NCBI GenBank assembly: GCA_965222075.1
Contig: OZ244937.1
Coordinates: forward strand, 96,001-160,000
Source: Candidatus Latescibacterota bacterium
GTDB taxonomy: Bacteria; Latescibacterota; UBA2968; GCA-2709665
Length of the DNA: 64,000 nt
Reading direction: 5' to 3'
The notes under the pieces are model-generated. The model was not told the DNA's origin and did no database searches. It saw nothing but the letters and a program-made list of their open reading frames with translations. This document shows positions 1 to 10,295 of this stretch, piece after piece (within the stretch, counting starts at the first letter, position 1; the number at the start of each line of letters is the position of its first letter). The position numbers and the translations under genes were made by a program.

Positions 1-9
1 CTCGTCCAG

Positions 10-1056
10 GTGTTGTCGTCCCTGGGCAGTATCGATCCGCTGCAGAGCCTTACCAAAGCAGTTTACTACTTCACGACGGGCGAATTGCTGGGCCTGGCCG
101 CGGCTTCCAGTTTTGGCGACCGGGCCGCTATCCGGCATTGCCTGGGGGTAGGAATAGTGGGGGCCGTACTGGTCAGTGTGTACGGGCTGGTGGACTACGG
201 GTATCACTTGCCCTATTTGCGGGAGGACGTCTTCGCCTTAGGCAATCCCCTGATGACCCAGTTTCACCATACCGTACCCCGAGCCAGGGCCATTGCCACT
301 ATCGGCAATCCGCTGCCCCTGGGCACGTACTTGGTTCTGATCTGCCCGTTTTTTTTCCTGGCCGTCTTCCAGACACGGAGAAAATTGATCAGGACCCTTG
401 CCGTCATCGGGATCGCTCTGGTGGTGGGCCTGCTTTTTTGCACGTTCAGCCGCGGCGCCTGGATCGGGTTCTTTGCGGGGACGGCTCTGTTTTTCTGGTT
501 GGAGCGGTCAAAGTACCTGATAGCCGTGGCCATTTTGGGGTTGCTATTCCTGGCAGGGGCCCGCGAAGCCGAAGTCATGCAGCAGAGAAATCTTTTTGAC
601 CAGCTGGTCTTTGAACACCAAACCTATCACCGTACTCGTTCCTTCGACACGGCCACGACGATCTGGGCCGGCCAGCCTTTGTGGGGGACGGGGACGGGCA
701 CTTACCGCTATCACAGCCGGAGCACCTGTCTCGACAAAATGCCCGACAATATGTACGCGACGATCCTGGTCGAGACCGGTTTGCTGGGGCTGGCCGGTCA
801 CCTGTTTTTCTTCTGCGCCCTGCTGCATGGGCTGTGGCGCCTCAGAGGTGGGTGGAAACCGCCTCCGGCTCTGGCTCTGACCTGGGAGGACCGCGGGATG
901 GCCCACGCCTTTCTCGCCTGCCTTGTCGGGCTGTTGGTGAATCTGGCGACCTGGGACGCGCTTTATTTTCCTCTCACCCGGAGTGTGTCCTGGATACTGG
1001 CCGGTCTGGCGCTGGCGTTCGTCCGCCTGTTCGATCAGGAGAGGGCCGAGAGATGA
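10..1056 (+). CDS. O-antigen ligase/polymerase (Wzy_C) family membrane protein, probably 5'-truncated by the window edge
   Basis: Multi-TM protein with GNP..LG, TFSRGAW and P.WGTG.G...DNMY...LVETG.LG motifs of the Wzy_C family. Confidence 0.8.
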   Translation: MLSSLGSIDPLQSLTKAVYYFTTGELLGLAAASSFGDRAAIRHCLGVGIVGAVLVSVYGLVDYGYHLPYLREDVFALGNPLMTQFHHTVPRARAIATIGNPLPLGTYLVLICPFFFLAVFQTRRKLIRTLAVIGIALVVGLLFCTFSRGAWIGFFAGTALFFWLERSKYLIAVAILGLLFLAGAREAEVMQQRNLFDQLVFEHQTYHRTRSFDTATTIWAGQPLWGTGTGTYRYHSRSTCLDKMPDNMYATILVETGLLGLAGHLFFFCALLHGLWRLRGGWKPPPALALTWEDRGMAHAFLACLVGLLVNLATWDALYFPLTRSVSWILAGLALAFVRLFDQERAER

Positions 1057-1100
1057 CGATGTGCCATGCGCCGCCCCCCGATCTTTGGTCCAGCTGAAAT

Positions 1101-2342
1101 ATGAAACTCGTCCTCTTCACCCAGTATTTCCCCCCGGAAATGGGGGCCGCCTCCACCCGTCTTTCGGAATTGGCGAAGCGTCTGGCGGCCATGGGCCATA
1201 CCGTACAGGTGATCACCGCCCTGCCCAACTACCCGACGGGCCGGATTTTTCCCGGCTATCGAGGAAAGATCCGGATGGTGGAGGAGATGGAAGGGATCCG
1301 GGTGATTCGGACCTGGATCTACCCATCCACATCCTCCCGGACGCTGCCCCGCCTTTTCAACTATCTATCCTTTGTGCTGACGAGTATATTGTTGGGCTGG
1401 TGGGGCCTGGGCCGCCAGGATGTGATTTTGTGCGAGAGTCCCCCACTCTTCCTGGTGCCGGCGGGCTTGGTCATCGGCCGGATCACGCGGGCGCGGATGA
1501 TCATGAACGCGTCCGACATCTGGCCCGATCTCGTCGTGCGCCTGGGCTATCCGTTGGGCTGGCTGTCCCTGAAGCTCATGCACTTTCTGGAGCGCTTCGG
1601 GTACCAGTGCTCCGATGTCGTCGCGGTGACCAATCCAGGGGCCATGGAGCAGATTGAGAAGCGTTTCCCCCGGGTGGAGACGACGGTCATCAGCAATGGA
1701 GCAGATCTGGATCTGTTCCGCCCATTGCTGAGGAGCCAGGCCGTGCGGACCTCCTTGGGCGCGGGGCCGGAGACCTTCCTGGTGGGCTATTGCGGCCTGC
1801 ACGGACTGGCCCAGGGACTGGAAGTGGTGGTCGAGGCGGCCGCCAGACTGCGGGACCACCCCCGGATAAGACTGGTGATGGTCGGAGATGGGCCAACCAA
1901 AGAGGGCCTGATGGCACGGACCCGGCAGCTGGAGCTGGACAATCTGCGCTTTGAGGAGTGCAAACCCAGAGCGGACATTCCGGCCATCCTGGCCTCGTGC
2001 GACGCCAGCCTGATCCCCCTGGCGGCGGAGTTGCCCGGGACCATGCCCTCCAAAGTCTACGAAGCGCTGGCCAGTGGGGTTCCAGTGGTCGTGACCCGGG
2101 GTTGTGAAGCCGAAACGCTGGTTGACCAGTTCCATGTCGGGCGCGCGTTCGCCCCGCTGGACGCGAAAGACCTGGCCGCGGTCCTGATCGACCTGGCGGA
2201 CCGGCCCGAGGCGTGGGCTCGGATGCGGCGGAACGGTATAGAGCTGGCCGCCCGCTTCGACCGCAAGGTCATCGCTGCGCGGACCGAGGCGATTTTCCAG
2301 GCTGTGGCCGCCGGCCGGCCCCTGCCGAAAGTAAGCTGGTAG
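1101..2342 (+). CDS. Glycosyltransferase family 4 (WbuB-like)
   Basis: TQYFPPEMGA N-terminus, PNYP.G, MPSKVYEALASGVPVV. Confidence 0.9.
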   Translation: MKLVLFTQYFPPEMGAASTRLSELAKRLAAMGHTVQVITALPNYPTGRIFPGYRGKIRMVEEMEGIRVIRTWIYPSTSSRTLPRLFNYLSFVLTSILLGWWGLGRQDVILCESPPLFLVPAGLVIGRITRARMIMNASDIWPDLVVRLGYPLGWLSLKLMHFLERFGYQCSDVVAVTNPGAMEQIEKRFPRVETTVISNGADLDLFRPLLRSQAVRTSLGAGPETFLVGYCGLHGLAQGLEVVVEAAARLRDHPRIRLVMVGDGPTKEGLMARTRQLELDNLRFEECKPRADIPAILASCDASLIPLAAELPGTMPSKVYEALASGVPVVVTRGCEAETLVDQFHVGRAFAPLDAKDLAAVLIDLADRPEAWARMRRNGIELAARFDRKVIAARTEAIFQAVAAGRPLPKVSW

Positions 2343-2472
2343 GCGTCCCTGAAGCCGGGGTCACGCTACAATCCAATTGAGTTGGATGAGTCACATCTGA
2401 ACGGCACGACACTACATAATTTCTGCCAGCAGGCAGCTTCTACGGCTATACGTACAGCGCATGAGGTGATCC

Positions 2473-3669
2473 TTGCGCAGCGAGTTCTTGCCCTTCCAGG
2501 TCCCCCTCATTGGGGACGACGATATCGCCGAAGTGGTGGACACCCTGCGATCGAATTGGCTCACCACCGGGACGAAGGTGCGGCGGTTCGAGGAGCAGTT
2601 CATGGCCGCCGTCGACGCCCCGGCGGCACTGGCTCTCAGTTCCTGCACGGCGGCCCTCCACCTGGCACTCAAGGTCCTGGGTATTGGGCCCGGCGATGCC
2701 GTAATCACGACCCCTTTGACATTCTGTTCCGGGGTCAACGTCATCGAACACGTCGGCGCCCTGCCCATCCTCGTCGATGTGCGACCCGACACGCTGAACA
2801 TCGACCCCGAGCGTATCCGGGAAGTACTGGAAACATGGGACAAGAAGGGGTCGGGAACCCGGGTCAAAGCAGTGATACCCGTCCACCTTTACGGTCACCC
2901 TTGTGACCTGGACCCAATAGTCGAGATTTCTCTGAAACACAACCTGGCAATTATCGATGATGCGGCGCATGCCCTGCCTGCCAGGTATAAAGGCCGTCCC
3001 ATCGGATCCATGGCCGCTTCGTGCCCGGTTCCCATCCTGACCTGCTTCTCGTTTTACGCCATCAAGAATATGACTACCGCCGAGGGGGGCATGTTGGTGG
3101 GGGATCCCGACCTGATCGAGGAGGCGAGATTGTGGAGCCTGCACGGGATGAGCCGGGCGGCCTTCACCCGGTACAAGGCGAGGGGGTGGTATTACGAAGT
3201 GGTCCATCCCGGGTTCAAGTACAATATGACGGACGTGCAGGCCGCCCTGGGCCTCCACCAGTTGGCTCAATTGCCGGCTTTCCACGCCCGGCGGGGCGAA
3301 ATCACACGGCGCTATATGCAGGCGTTCTCCCGGATAGAGGCTCTGGAGGTCCCCGCGCAGGCGGCCCACGTAGGCCACGCCTGGCACCTTTATGTCATAC
3401 GGCTGCAACTGGACCTGCTTGATATGGACCGGGCCGGCTTTGTCGAAGCGCTGAGTAAACGCAATATCGGTACGAGCGTGCATTTCATCCCTATTCACCT
3501 GCACGCGTATTACCGCAAGCAATACGGATATCGGCCTGAGGATTTTCCGGTTTCATACCAGGAGTACCAGCGCATCGTCTCATTGCCGCTTTACCCCAAA
3601 ATGAGCGACCAGGATGTGGAAGATGTGATTGTAGCGGTCGGCGACATCGCGGCGCGGTACGGCCAGTGA
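2473..3669 (+). CDS. DegT/DnrJ/EryC1/StrS PLP-dependent sugar aminotransferase
   Basis: SSCTAALHLAL, IIDDAAHA, FSFYAIKNMTTAEGG (PLP lysine), SLPLYP. Confidence 0.93.
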   Translation: MRSEFLPFQVPLIGDDDIAEVVDTLRSNWLTTGTKVRRFEEQFMAAVDAPAALALSSCTAALHLALKVLGIGPGDAVITTPLTFCSGVNVIEHVGALPILVDVRPDTLNIDPERIREVLETWDKKGSGTRVKAVIPVHLYGHPCDLDPIVEISLKHNLAIIDDAAHALPARYKGRPIGSMAASCPVPILTCFSFYAIKNMTTAEGGMLVGDPDLIEEARLWSLHGMSRAAFTRYKARGWYYEVVHPGFKYNMTDVQAALGLHQLAQLPAFHARRGEITRRYMQAFSRIEALEVPAQAAHVGHAWHLYVIRLQLDLLDMDRAGFVEALSKRNIGTSVHFIPIHLHAYYRKQYGYRPEDFPVSYQEYQRIVSLPLYPKMSDQDVEDVIVAVGDIAARYGQ

Positions 3670-3694
3670 AGACCTGGGAAAGGAGGCGGACCCT

Positions 3695-4654
3695 ATGCGG
3701 TTGGGCTGGATAGGCTGTCATCGAGAAGGTATCGCCGCACTCCGGGGCCTGCTGGAGCGGGGGGTCGGCCTGGCGGGTATCGTAACCCTGGATGCTGAGC
3801 AGGCCCGCAAGAGGAGTGGGAGTGGGAGGGACGCCTACCGGGCGGTGTCCCGAGAATTTGGAGTGCCTCTGTACGAAGTGGCCAGTATCAACAGCCGGAC
3901 AGGTGTCGCCATGATGGAAAAGCTGGGACTCGATCTGGTTTTTGTGATCGGCTGGAGCCAAATCCTGCGCCCCCGCGTACTGCAGACCCTCGCAGTGGGC
4001 GCCATCGGGGCGCATGCCTCGCTCCTGCCCTGCAACCGCGGCCGGGCACCCATCAACTGGGCCCTCATCAAAGGCGACCGCCAGACCGGCAATACCTTGA
4101 TGTGGCTGGCCGATGAGGTGGATACAGGTGACATCATCGACCAGAGGGTCATTCCCATTTCTCCTTACGATACCTGCGAATCGCTCTATGAACGGGTGGC
4201 CGAATCGAACCGGGAGATGATCCTGGCCGCCTTGCCCGGCCTGTTGCGCGGCCAGCGGCCGGGCCGTCCTCAGCCGGCCGGGGAAGGGAACCTGCTGCCG
4301 GGCCGCCGGCCCGAAGACGGTCTGCTGGATTGGGGACAAGAGAGCGAGTCCATCTACAATTTCGTCCGCGCCCTCACCCGACCCTATCCGGGGGCCTTCG
4401 CCTACTTGGCGGGCCAGCGCTGGTTCATCTGGCGCTGTGCCTTGCTGCCGGGGAACTTGACGGAAGACCACGGGCCGGGACAGATCATCGGCCCGGTGTT
4501 CAGCCCCGACCCGGCGGCCTGCGGCCAACAGGTCGCCTGCGGTCGAGGGAGCGTCGTGCTGCTGGAAGCCGAGCGGGCAGGCGGCCCCCTCCTGCAGGGA
4601 TACACGTTGAGCCAGCAGCCGTGGGAAGGAGAGCAGTGGACTCGTGAGCCCTAA
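3695..4654 (+). CDS. Sugar-nucleotide N-formyltransferase (Fmt/ArnA-like)
   Basis: HASLLP..RGRAPINWALI, VDTGDI, FVRALTRPYPGAF; located in a polysaccharide locus. Confidence 0.85.
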   Translation: MRLGWIGCHREGIAALRGLLERGVGLAGIVTLDAEQARKRSGSGRDAYRAVSREFGVPLYEVASINSRTGVAMMEKLGLDLVFVIGWSQILRPRVLQTLAVGAIGAHASLLPCNRGRAPINWALIKGDRQTGNTLMWLADEVDTGDIIDQRVIPISPYDTCESLYERVAESNREMILAALPGLLRGQRPGRPQPAGEGNLLPGRRPEDGLLDWGQESESIYNFVRALTRPYPGAFAYLAGQRWFIWRCALLPGNLTEDHGPGQIIGPVFSPDPAACGQQVACGRGSVVLLEAERAGGPLLQGYTLSQQPWEGEQWTREP

Positions 4655-5321
4655 GAAGATCCTGGTCATCGCCGCCCATCCCGACGACGAAATTCTAGGA
4701 TGCGGCGGCACCCTGGCCCTGCACGCCCGCAAGGGCGATCAGGTAGCGGGGGTCATCGTCTGCGAAGGGGAGTCGTTGCGCTACGGGACCGAGGGGGTCG
4801 GCCAGGATCGCCACATCCAGGCCGCTGCCGAGAAGGTAGGTATTGGACGTGTAGAGCACCTGGGTTTTCCCGACCAACGGCTGGATACGCTGTCTCTGGT
4901 GGAGATCATCACTCCTCTGGAGAAGATCGTGCGCAGCTTCGAGCCCCATATTGTGTATTGCCAGCACGGCGGAGACATCAACCGCGATCACCATCTGCTG
5001 TTCGAGGCTTTGCTGGTGGCCGTCCGGCCGACGGAACCCTGCATCGAGGCCATCCTTGCCTTCGATACGGCCAGCAGCACGGAGTGGGCGTATCCGCGGA
5101 CCTTTGTCCCCGATACCTGGGTCGATATCTCCACTACGCTTGAGACCAAGTTGCAGGCCATGGCCTGCTACCCCAGCGAAGTGCGGGAGTACCCCCACCC
5201 CCGGTCGTTGAAGGCCCTGGCCCACAGAGCCCGGACCTGGGGCAACCAGTGCTGTCTGGATGCGGCCGAAGTCTTCATGACGGTGCGGAGGATCTGTCGG
5301 AATGGCCATACGCCTGTTTGA
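4644..5321 (+). CDS. PIG-L/LmbE family N-deacetylase
   Basis: AAHPDDEILGCGG, D.N.DH, YPHPRS motifs. Confidence 0.9.
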   Translation: MSPKKILVIAAHPDDEILGCGGTLALHARKGDQVAGVIVCEGESLRYGTEGVGQDRHIQAAAEKVGIGRVEHLGFPDQRLDTLSLVEIITPLEKIVRSFEPHIVYCQHGGDINRDHHLLFEALLVAVRPTEPCIEAILAFDTASSTEWAYPRTFVPDTWVDISTTLETKLQAMACYPSEVREYPHPRSLKALAHRARTWGNQCCLDAAEVFMTVRRICRNGHTPV

Positions 5322-6000
5322 CGTCATGCTCGCTCTGGTCCTTCTCGTGCTCTTGTGTCCGCTGCTGCTGGCTGCGGCTTTGGGCATTGCCTTGGCCAGT
5401 CCCGGCCCCATTCTCTATCGGGCGCGGCGAGTGGGGCTGGACGGACAGGTGTTCACGATGTTCAAATTCCGCACCATGCACGTGGCTCAGGCGGAAAACG
5501 CCGGCGTCATTACCGCTAAGAATGACGCCCGGGTTTTTCCTCTGGGGCGCTGGCTGAGGCGTTTCAAGATCGATGAATTGCCGCAGTTGTACCATGTGCT
5601 GAGAGGGGATATGGCCCTGGTCGGCCCCAGGCCGGAAGACCCCGAGATCGTGGACCGGTACTATACGCCCCTCCACCGGGAGACGCTCCGGGTGTTGCCC
5701 GGTCTGGCCAGCCCGGGCAGTATTTACAACTATACCCACGGCGAGGACCTGCTCCAGGCGGACGAGGTGGAGAAGGCGTATCTGACGCGCCTTCTGCCGG
5801 TCAAACTGGCCCTGGATATCGTCTATGTCCGGGAAGCCTCCCTGGGATACAATCTGCGCATCATCGGGCGCACGATCGGAGCCATTTCGAGCAAAAGACG
5901 GCGGGCGCCCAAGCCGCCCGAACTGGAAAGAGGCCGGGCCTTGATCCAGCCAGTCGACACGACCTTCTTGAGGGAGAACAGTTCAAAAGAACATGTTTGA
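5302..6000 (+). CDS. Initiating phosphoglycosyl transferase (bacterial sugar transferase, PglC/WcaJ C-domain type)
   Basis: FKFRTM, KIDELPQL, GDMALVGPRPE. Confidence 0.9.
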   Translation: MAIRLFDVMLALVLLVLLCPLLLAAALGIALASPGPILYRARRVGLDGQVFTMFKFRTMHVAQAENAGVITAKNDARVFPLGRWLRRFKIDELPQLYHVLRGDMALVGPRPEDPEIVDRYYTPLHRETLRVLPGLASPGSIYNYTHGEDLLQADEVEKAYLTRLLPVKLALDIVYVREASLGYNLRIIGRTIGAISSKRRRAPKPPELERGRALIQPVDTTFLRENSSKEHV

Positions 6001-6066
6001 GGAATTTCACAGGGAGCGCGCAACGACCGCCGGACCTGAGCCCTGGTCTGGAGAGGACATACAGGG

Positions 6067-7470
6067 ATGAGCGAACTCAGTTCACTTGGAGAACGCATCC
6101 GCAATCGGTCGGCTTCACTCCCACTGCAGGCCGTCGTGGCCCAAACTTTCCTTGCCCTATTTCTGCTGTTGTTCCTCACCGAACTCGACCGGGAACTGGT
6201 TCGGCGCGATTGGCTGCCGGTGCCGGGTGGGGGGATCGTGGTTTACTGTGGAGGCATGGTAGGGGTCGTAATCTGTCTGGCGGTCGCCGCCGGTCGTGCG
6301 AGAGCCGATCTCCTGGGCCAAGTCGTTGCCATTCTGCGGCACCATTGGCTCTTCGCGCTGGTCTTCCTGGCTCTCCTCCTCCTCAGCCTTGGGTATTGGT
6401 TTCGCCAACCGGCGGCAAAATTGCGAGACGCTCTGCTCATCGTAAGTCCGTCAATCGTCTGCATCGGTGCCGCCTTGTTGCCGCTGATCTCCCGTGTGCG
6501 GCGCGGTTGGCGAGCCTACCTGGGGCTCGCCTTTGTGGTCTACTGTCTGAGCATCTGGATGGATGTCTGGCAGCCCGGTACGTTTTCGACAATTGAGGGA
6601 CGGGCGGCTGGCTTGGCCGTGGATACCAACACGGGCGCCTACATGGTTGCGCTGTTGGCCGTTCCACTGCTTCACTACCGGCAGTTCAGTCTCGTCAGCC
6701 TGATCGTGTTGTACCTCGCGGGCCTGACGATCTTCTTGACCCTGTCCAGGGGGGGCGCGCTGTCCTGCCTGTTGGTGGCGGGTTGTTATCTCAGCCTCAT
6801 CTTCGCCAAGTCCCCCAGTCGGCGCGTGTTCGTCTCCCTCGCCTTCGGAGCGATGGCGGTCCTCCTGGTTTTTTTCGCGTGGTTATCTGTGCGATCCTTC
6901 GACCATTTCTCGGCCCCTGAAACCCAAACAAGGCTTAGACTCTTCCTCGGGAAAGCGAACTGGTTTCAGACCCGCTTGAAGGCCAGCAACAAGGCCGTAA
7001 TCGTCCCTATCCTCGAACGGTATAACAACCGATTTGGACGGGTAGTCCCAAAGGAAGGGCAGAATAACACCTCCGATCGAACCTACTTCCGCACCGACGG
7101 CGAATATGTGTACGTCGAGACGGCGAGGATGACCCGCCTGAAGAACGCCTTTGAAGCGATTGCGGCCTCCCCGATTGTAGGACACGGTACCGGGTTCAAT
7201 TCACATGGCGCCATATCCGCTCACAATATGTACCTGGCGCTGTGGATCGATTTCGGTCTCCTCGGCTTTCTCCTGTACATCGCCTTTTTGACCGCCGGAT
7301 TCTCGGGTTTTTACAGGTTGAAATATTGGCCAGGGATGTTCCTGATCGGGTTTGTGGCCTGCTGGAGTATGTTCAGTCACACCGTCTTTGCTTCCCGCCC
7401 CCTCTTCGTGGTGTTGGGGCTACTACTATCCCTGCCGCTGATGACAAGCCGCCACAGAGACGCTGCGTAG
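6067..7470 (+). CDS. O-antigen polymerase/ligase family membrane protein
   Basis: About 11 hydrophobic segments, RAAG...D.N, TLSRGG, P..GHG.G, AHNMYL. Confidence 0.8.
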   Translation: MSELSSLGERIRNRSASLPLQAVVAQTFLALFLLLFLTELDRELVRRDWLPVPGGGIVVYCGGMVGVVICLAVAAGRARADLLGQVVAILRHHWLFALVFLALLLLSLGYWFRQPAAKLRDALLIVSPSIVCIGAALLPLISRVRRGWRAYLGLAFVVYCLSIWMDVWQPGTFSTIEGRAAGLAVDTNTGAYMVALLAVPLLHYRQFSLVSLIVLYLAGLTIFLTLSRGGALSCLLVAGCYLSLIFAKSPSRRVFVSLAFGAMAVLLVFFAWLSVRSFDHFSAPETQTRLRLFLGKANWFQTRLKASNKAVIVPILERYNNRFGRVVPKEGQNNTSDRTYFRTDGEYVYVETARMTRLKNAFEAIAASPIVGHGTGFNSHGAISAHNMYLALWIDFGLLGFLLYIAFLTAGFSGFYRLKYWPGMFLIGFVACWSMFSHTVFASRPLFVVLGLLLSLPLMTSRHRDAA

Positions 7471-7522
7471 TAACATTCAACCCTGTCCGCTCCATGAGAC
7501 CGACCACCTCGGGTGCGTAAAA

Positions 7523-8788
7523 GTGTCTTCAAACAAGCTCCACATCGGCTTCGTGTTATCCTCCCTGGGGGGAGGAGGGGCAGAGCGGGTTACCCTTACC
7601 TTGGCCAACGCGCTCATACGGCGGGGCCATCGAATCGACCTGTTGTTGCTGCGCCCTTCAGGACAATATCGCGCCAGTATACCAAACAAGATGCGGCTGT
7701 ACTATCTGAAGGGGAGGCGTCCTGACCGAGATCTCTTTCAGGCCTGTCGAGAGCGCAATACTACGGTCACACCGTTATGGGTCAACCCATTGTCCATACT
7801 ACGCGCGTGGCCTGCGCTCAGGCGGAAGTATCCACAGGTGCGTGTTGGGTTAGGTAACGCCCGAGATGCCCTTGGCGTTGCCCAGTACGTTCGTGAAGCG
7901 CGTCCCATGATGCTGTTTTCGGCACTGCCACGAGCCAACACCGCTGTTGTCATCGGAACGGAACTGGCCTCACCAGTTGTTCCCACCGTGGTGTCGGTGC
8001 ACACTGTCGTCAGCATCGGTTACAGTGAAAAACAGTTGTCCAGAGCCAGAATTTTGCACCCTCGGTCAAACGCCGTTGTCGCGGTTTCGCAAGGTGTCCG
8101 CGAGGAAGTAATAAGGACATTGGGGATAAATGGCGAGAGCGTTTATTGTATCGACAACGGTATATCTCCTTCAGAGATACGACGGCTGAGCCAGGAGGAG
8201 GTGAACCACCCGTGGTTTTGCGACGATCCGGTGCCTGTGATATTGACCGTAGGGCGACCATCGCGCGAGAAGGATCATCTCACGCTGGTTGAGGCGTTTG
8301 GCCGTGTCCGTCGTCAACTGCGTGTTCGACTTGTCATTATGGGCAACCGTTTGGAGTCATACCAGACACGGCTGAGGTCTATGGCGGGGAGTTTGGGAGT
8401 GGAGCAGGACTTCGGCTTTCTCGATTTTGACGAAAACCCATTCCGGTACATGCGCAGGGCAAGATTGGTTGTGCTTTCGTCCCGGTCGGAGGCGTTCCCG
8501 ACCGTGCTTATGGAAGCCATGGCTTGCGGCACTTCAGTAATCAGTACCAATGCTCCGCATGGACCGGCTGAGATACTTGGGGGTGGCAGGTGGGGTAAAT
8601 TGGTCCCGGTCGGAGATCCGCCCGCTCTCGCGCAGGCTATCTTGGACGTTCTTGGTGGTGACGCGATTGCAGAGACAGAGTTAAGGCTACGTGCCGACGA
8701 TTTTGCCGACCACCACGCAGCTAGGGCGTATGAGGATCTGTTTGAGAAGGTAGTAAACTCTGTCTCGATCGTGCGGTCTGATCCATGA
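7523..8788 (+). CDS. Glycosyltransferase family 4
   Basis: GGGAERV, VAVS.GV, SSRSEAFPTVLMEAMACG. Confidence 0.9.
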   Translation: MSSNKLHIGFVLSSLGGGGAERVTLTLANALIRRGHRIDLLLLRPSGQYRASIPNKMRLYYLKGRRPDRDLFQACRERNTTVTPLWVNPLSILRAWPALRRKYPQVRVGLGNARDALGVAQYVREARPMMLFSALPRANTAVVIGTELASPVVPTVVSVHTVVSIGYSEKQLSRARILHPRSNAVVAVSQGVREEVIRTLGINGESVYCIDNGISPSEIRRLSQEEVNHPWFCDDPVPVILTVGRPSREKDHLTLVEAFGRVRRQLRVRLVIMGNRLESYQTRLRSMAGSLGVEQDFGFLDFDENPFRYMRRARLVVLSSRSEAFPTVLMEAMACGTSVISTNAPHGPAEILGGGRWGKLVPVGDPPALAQAILDVLGGDAIAETELRLRADDFADHHAARAYEDLFEKVVNSVSIVRSDP

Positions 8789-10155
8789 GTGCATCTCATT
8801 TGAAACCGGCGACTGCACATATCCCACCTGTCCCGAATACGACCGGCGGACAGGAAGTATCTATTGTCTTTGCGTCACGGACCGGGTTGCAAGTATTCGG
8901 CCTCCTGAGTCAAAGTCTGCTCGCCTACACGCTCCTTCCCGAAGGCCGAGGCGCCTATGCGATTTGCGTCATGTTCACAGTCTTGCTGGGTATGCTCTTT
9001 ACGCTGAGTGCCGACAGGGGTGCGCAGTATTTTATCATGGCGAAACAGATGAGCGTGTCGCAGGGCGTATCCCTTGCCCTGACCACTGGTCTCGCGGCAA
9101 GCTTGTTGGCCACTGTATTGGCGATTCCGTTAATCCACAGCGACCTCGCCTTTTTTCAGCAGGCAGACACCCGTTCCTTTTACCTGGCGCTCGTATTGAT
9201 CCCACTGACGTCCATGGCGACGGCAACCGACCTCCTGCTTGCCGGGCTTAGGCGCTTTGGGCGGCTCGCGTTCTTTCTATTGCTTCAGTCCCTCGTCAGT
9301 GTGCTTGCCGTGGCAACGCTCGTTTGGGGACTGAGCCTTGGAGTGGACGGCGCCATCATATCATTGATCGTCGGAAATTCTGTGATGGTCGCGGCTTGCC
9401 TGTGGGACCTCCGCCGGCATTGTGGCTTGGTCTGGGAGATGCCGTCTCGTTCCGGGTTACGATGTGTTCTCGGGTATGGCTTGAAATACCATATTGCGCG
9501 GATGGGAAGCCAAGCCGATACGCGCGTTGGCGTTCTCATCCTCGGTATCCTCGCGAGCCGTGGCGAAATCGGCCTGTTTGCGGCTGCCAGTGCGCTTGTG
9601 TTTCGTTTCATGATTATATCCAACGCGGTCGGAACCGTGCTGTATCCCCGAGTCGCCGGCGATGTGGGAAGTCGCCCCGAACTGTGCGCGCTCTGTCTGC
9701 GTCTCGTTTGCGGGGCTACGGCAAGCGCCCTCGTGGCATTGCTCGCAATTAGCACGCCATTGGTCAGGATTCTGCTTTCGGAGGCCTTTCTGCCAGCAGT
9801 CTTGCTTATCTGGATCATGGCTCCCGGAATCTTTGTCTACGCCGGTGGTGGTATGTTCACGACGTATTTCCTCGGCATAAATCGCCCGGAACTCAGTTCA
9901 TGGGCCGTTTCGATTGGATTGTGCGTGAATGTCGTCTCGTTCTTTGTACTCTACCCCCCACTCGGTGTACAAGGCGCCGCCTGGGCCATGACCCTCGGCA
10001 TGTTTTGTCGCATGGCTTACCTGGCAATCGCCTTCCACCGGGCGACGCACATGACCCTGACCTCGACCTGGCTGCCACAGCGCGGTGACATGGTTTACCT
10101 GTGGGCTTCGAGTCGGTCCATGATCAACCGCACCATCGGGAGGAAATCTGCATGA
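8785..10155 (+). CDS. wzx: Polysaccharide flippase (Wzx/MOP family)
   Basis: 12 or more TM segments, L.PEGRG.Y motif, IGLF, G..GAAWA; locus context. Confidence 0.8.
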   Translation: MSASHLKPATAHIPPVPNTTGGQEVSIVFASRTGLQVFGLLSQSLLAYTLLPEGRGAYAICVMFTVLLGMLFTLSADRGAQYFIMAKQMSVSQGVSLALTTGLAASLLATVLAIPLIHSDLAFFQQADTRSFYLALVLIPLTSMATATDLLLAGLRRFGRLAFFLLLQSLVSVLAVATLVWGLSLGVDGAIISLIVGNSVMVAACLWDLRRHCGLVWEMPSRSGLRCVLGYGLKYHIARMGSQADTRVGVLILGILASRGEIGLFAAASALVFRFMIISNAVGTVLYPRVAGDVGSRPELCALCLRLVCGATASALVALLAISTPLVRILLSEAFLPAVLLIWIMAPGIFVYAGGGMFTTYFLGINRPELSSWAVSIGLCVNVVSFFVLYPPLGVQGAAWAMTLGMFCRMAYLAIAFHRATHMTLTSTWLPQRGDMVYLWASSRSMINRTIGRKSA

Positions 10156-10295
10156 AGAAAAGCAGCTTTGAAACCGAAATTTCCAAGGGACAGCGGTTCG
10201 AGTTTGGCAAGAATCGGCAAAGTTTGATTGACAGCCTTGGGTTATTCTGGTGGCAATTGAGCTATGCTTTCAGAGTTCATCATGAGCAGGTTTAG
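10152..10295 (+). pseudogene. N-terminal remnant of a class I SAM-dependent methyltransferase
   Basis: ATGA-coupled to the wzx stop; MKKSSFETEISKGQRFEFGKNR resembles the RFEFGKNW start of polysaccharide-locus methyltransferases; no SAM-binding core follows. Confidence 0.55.
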
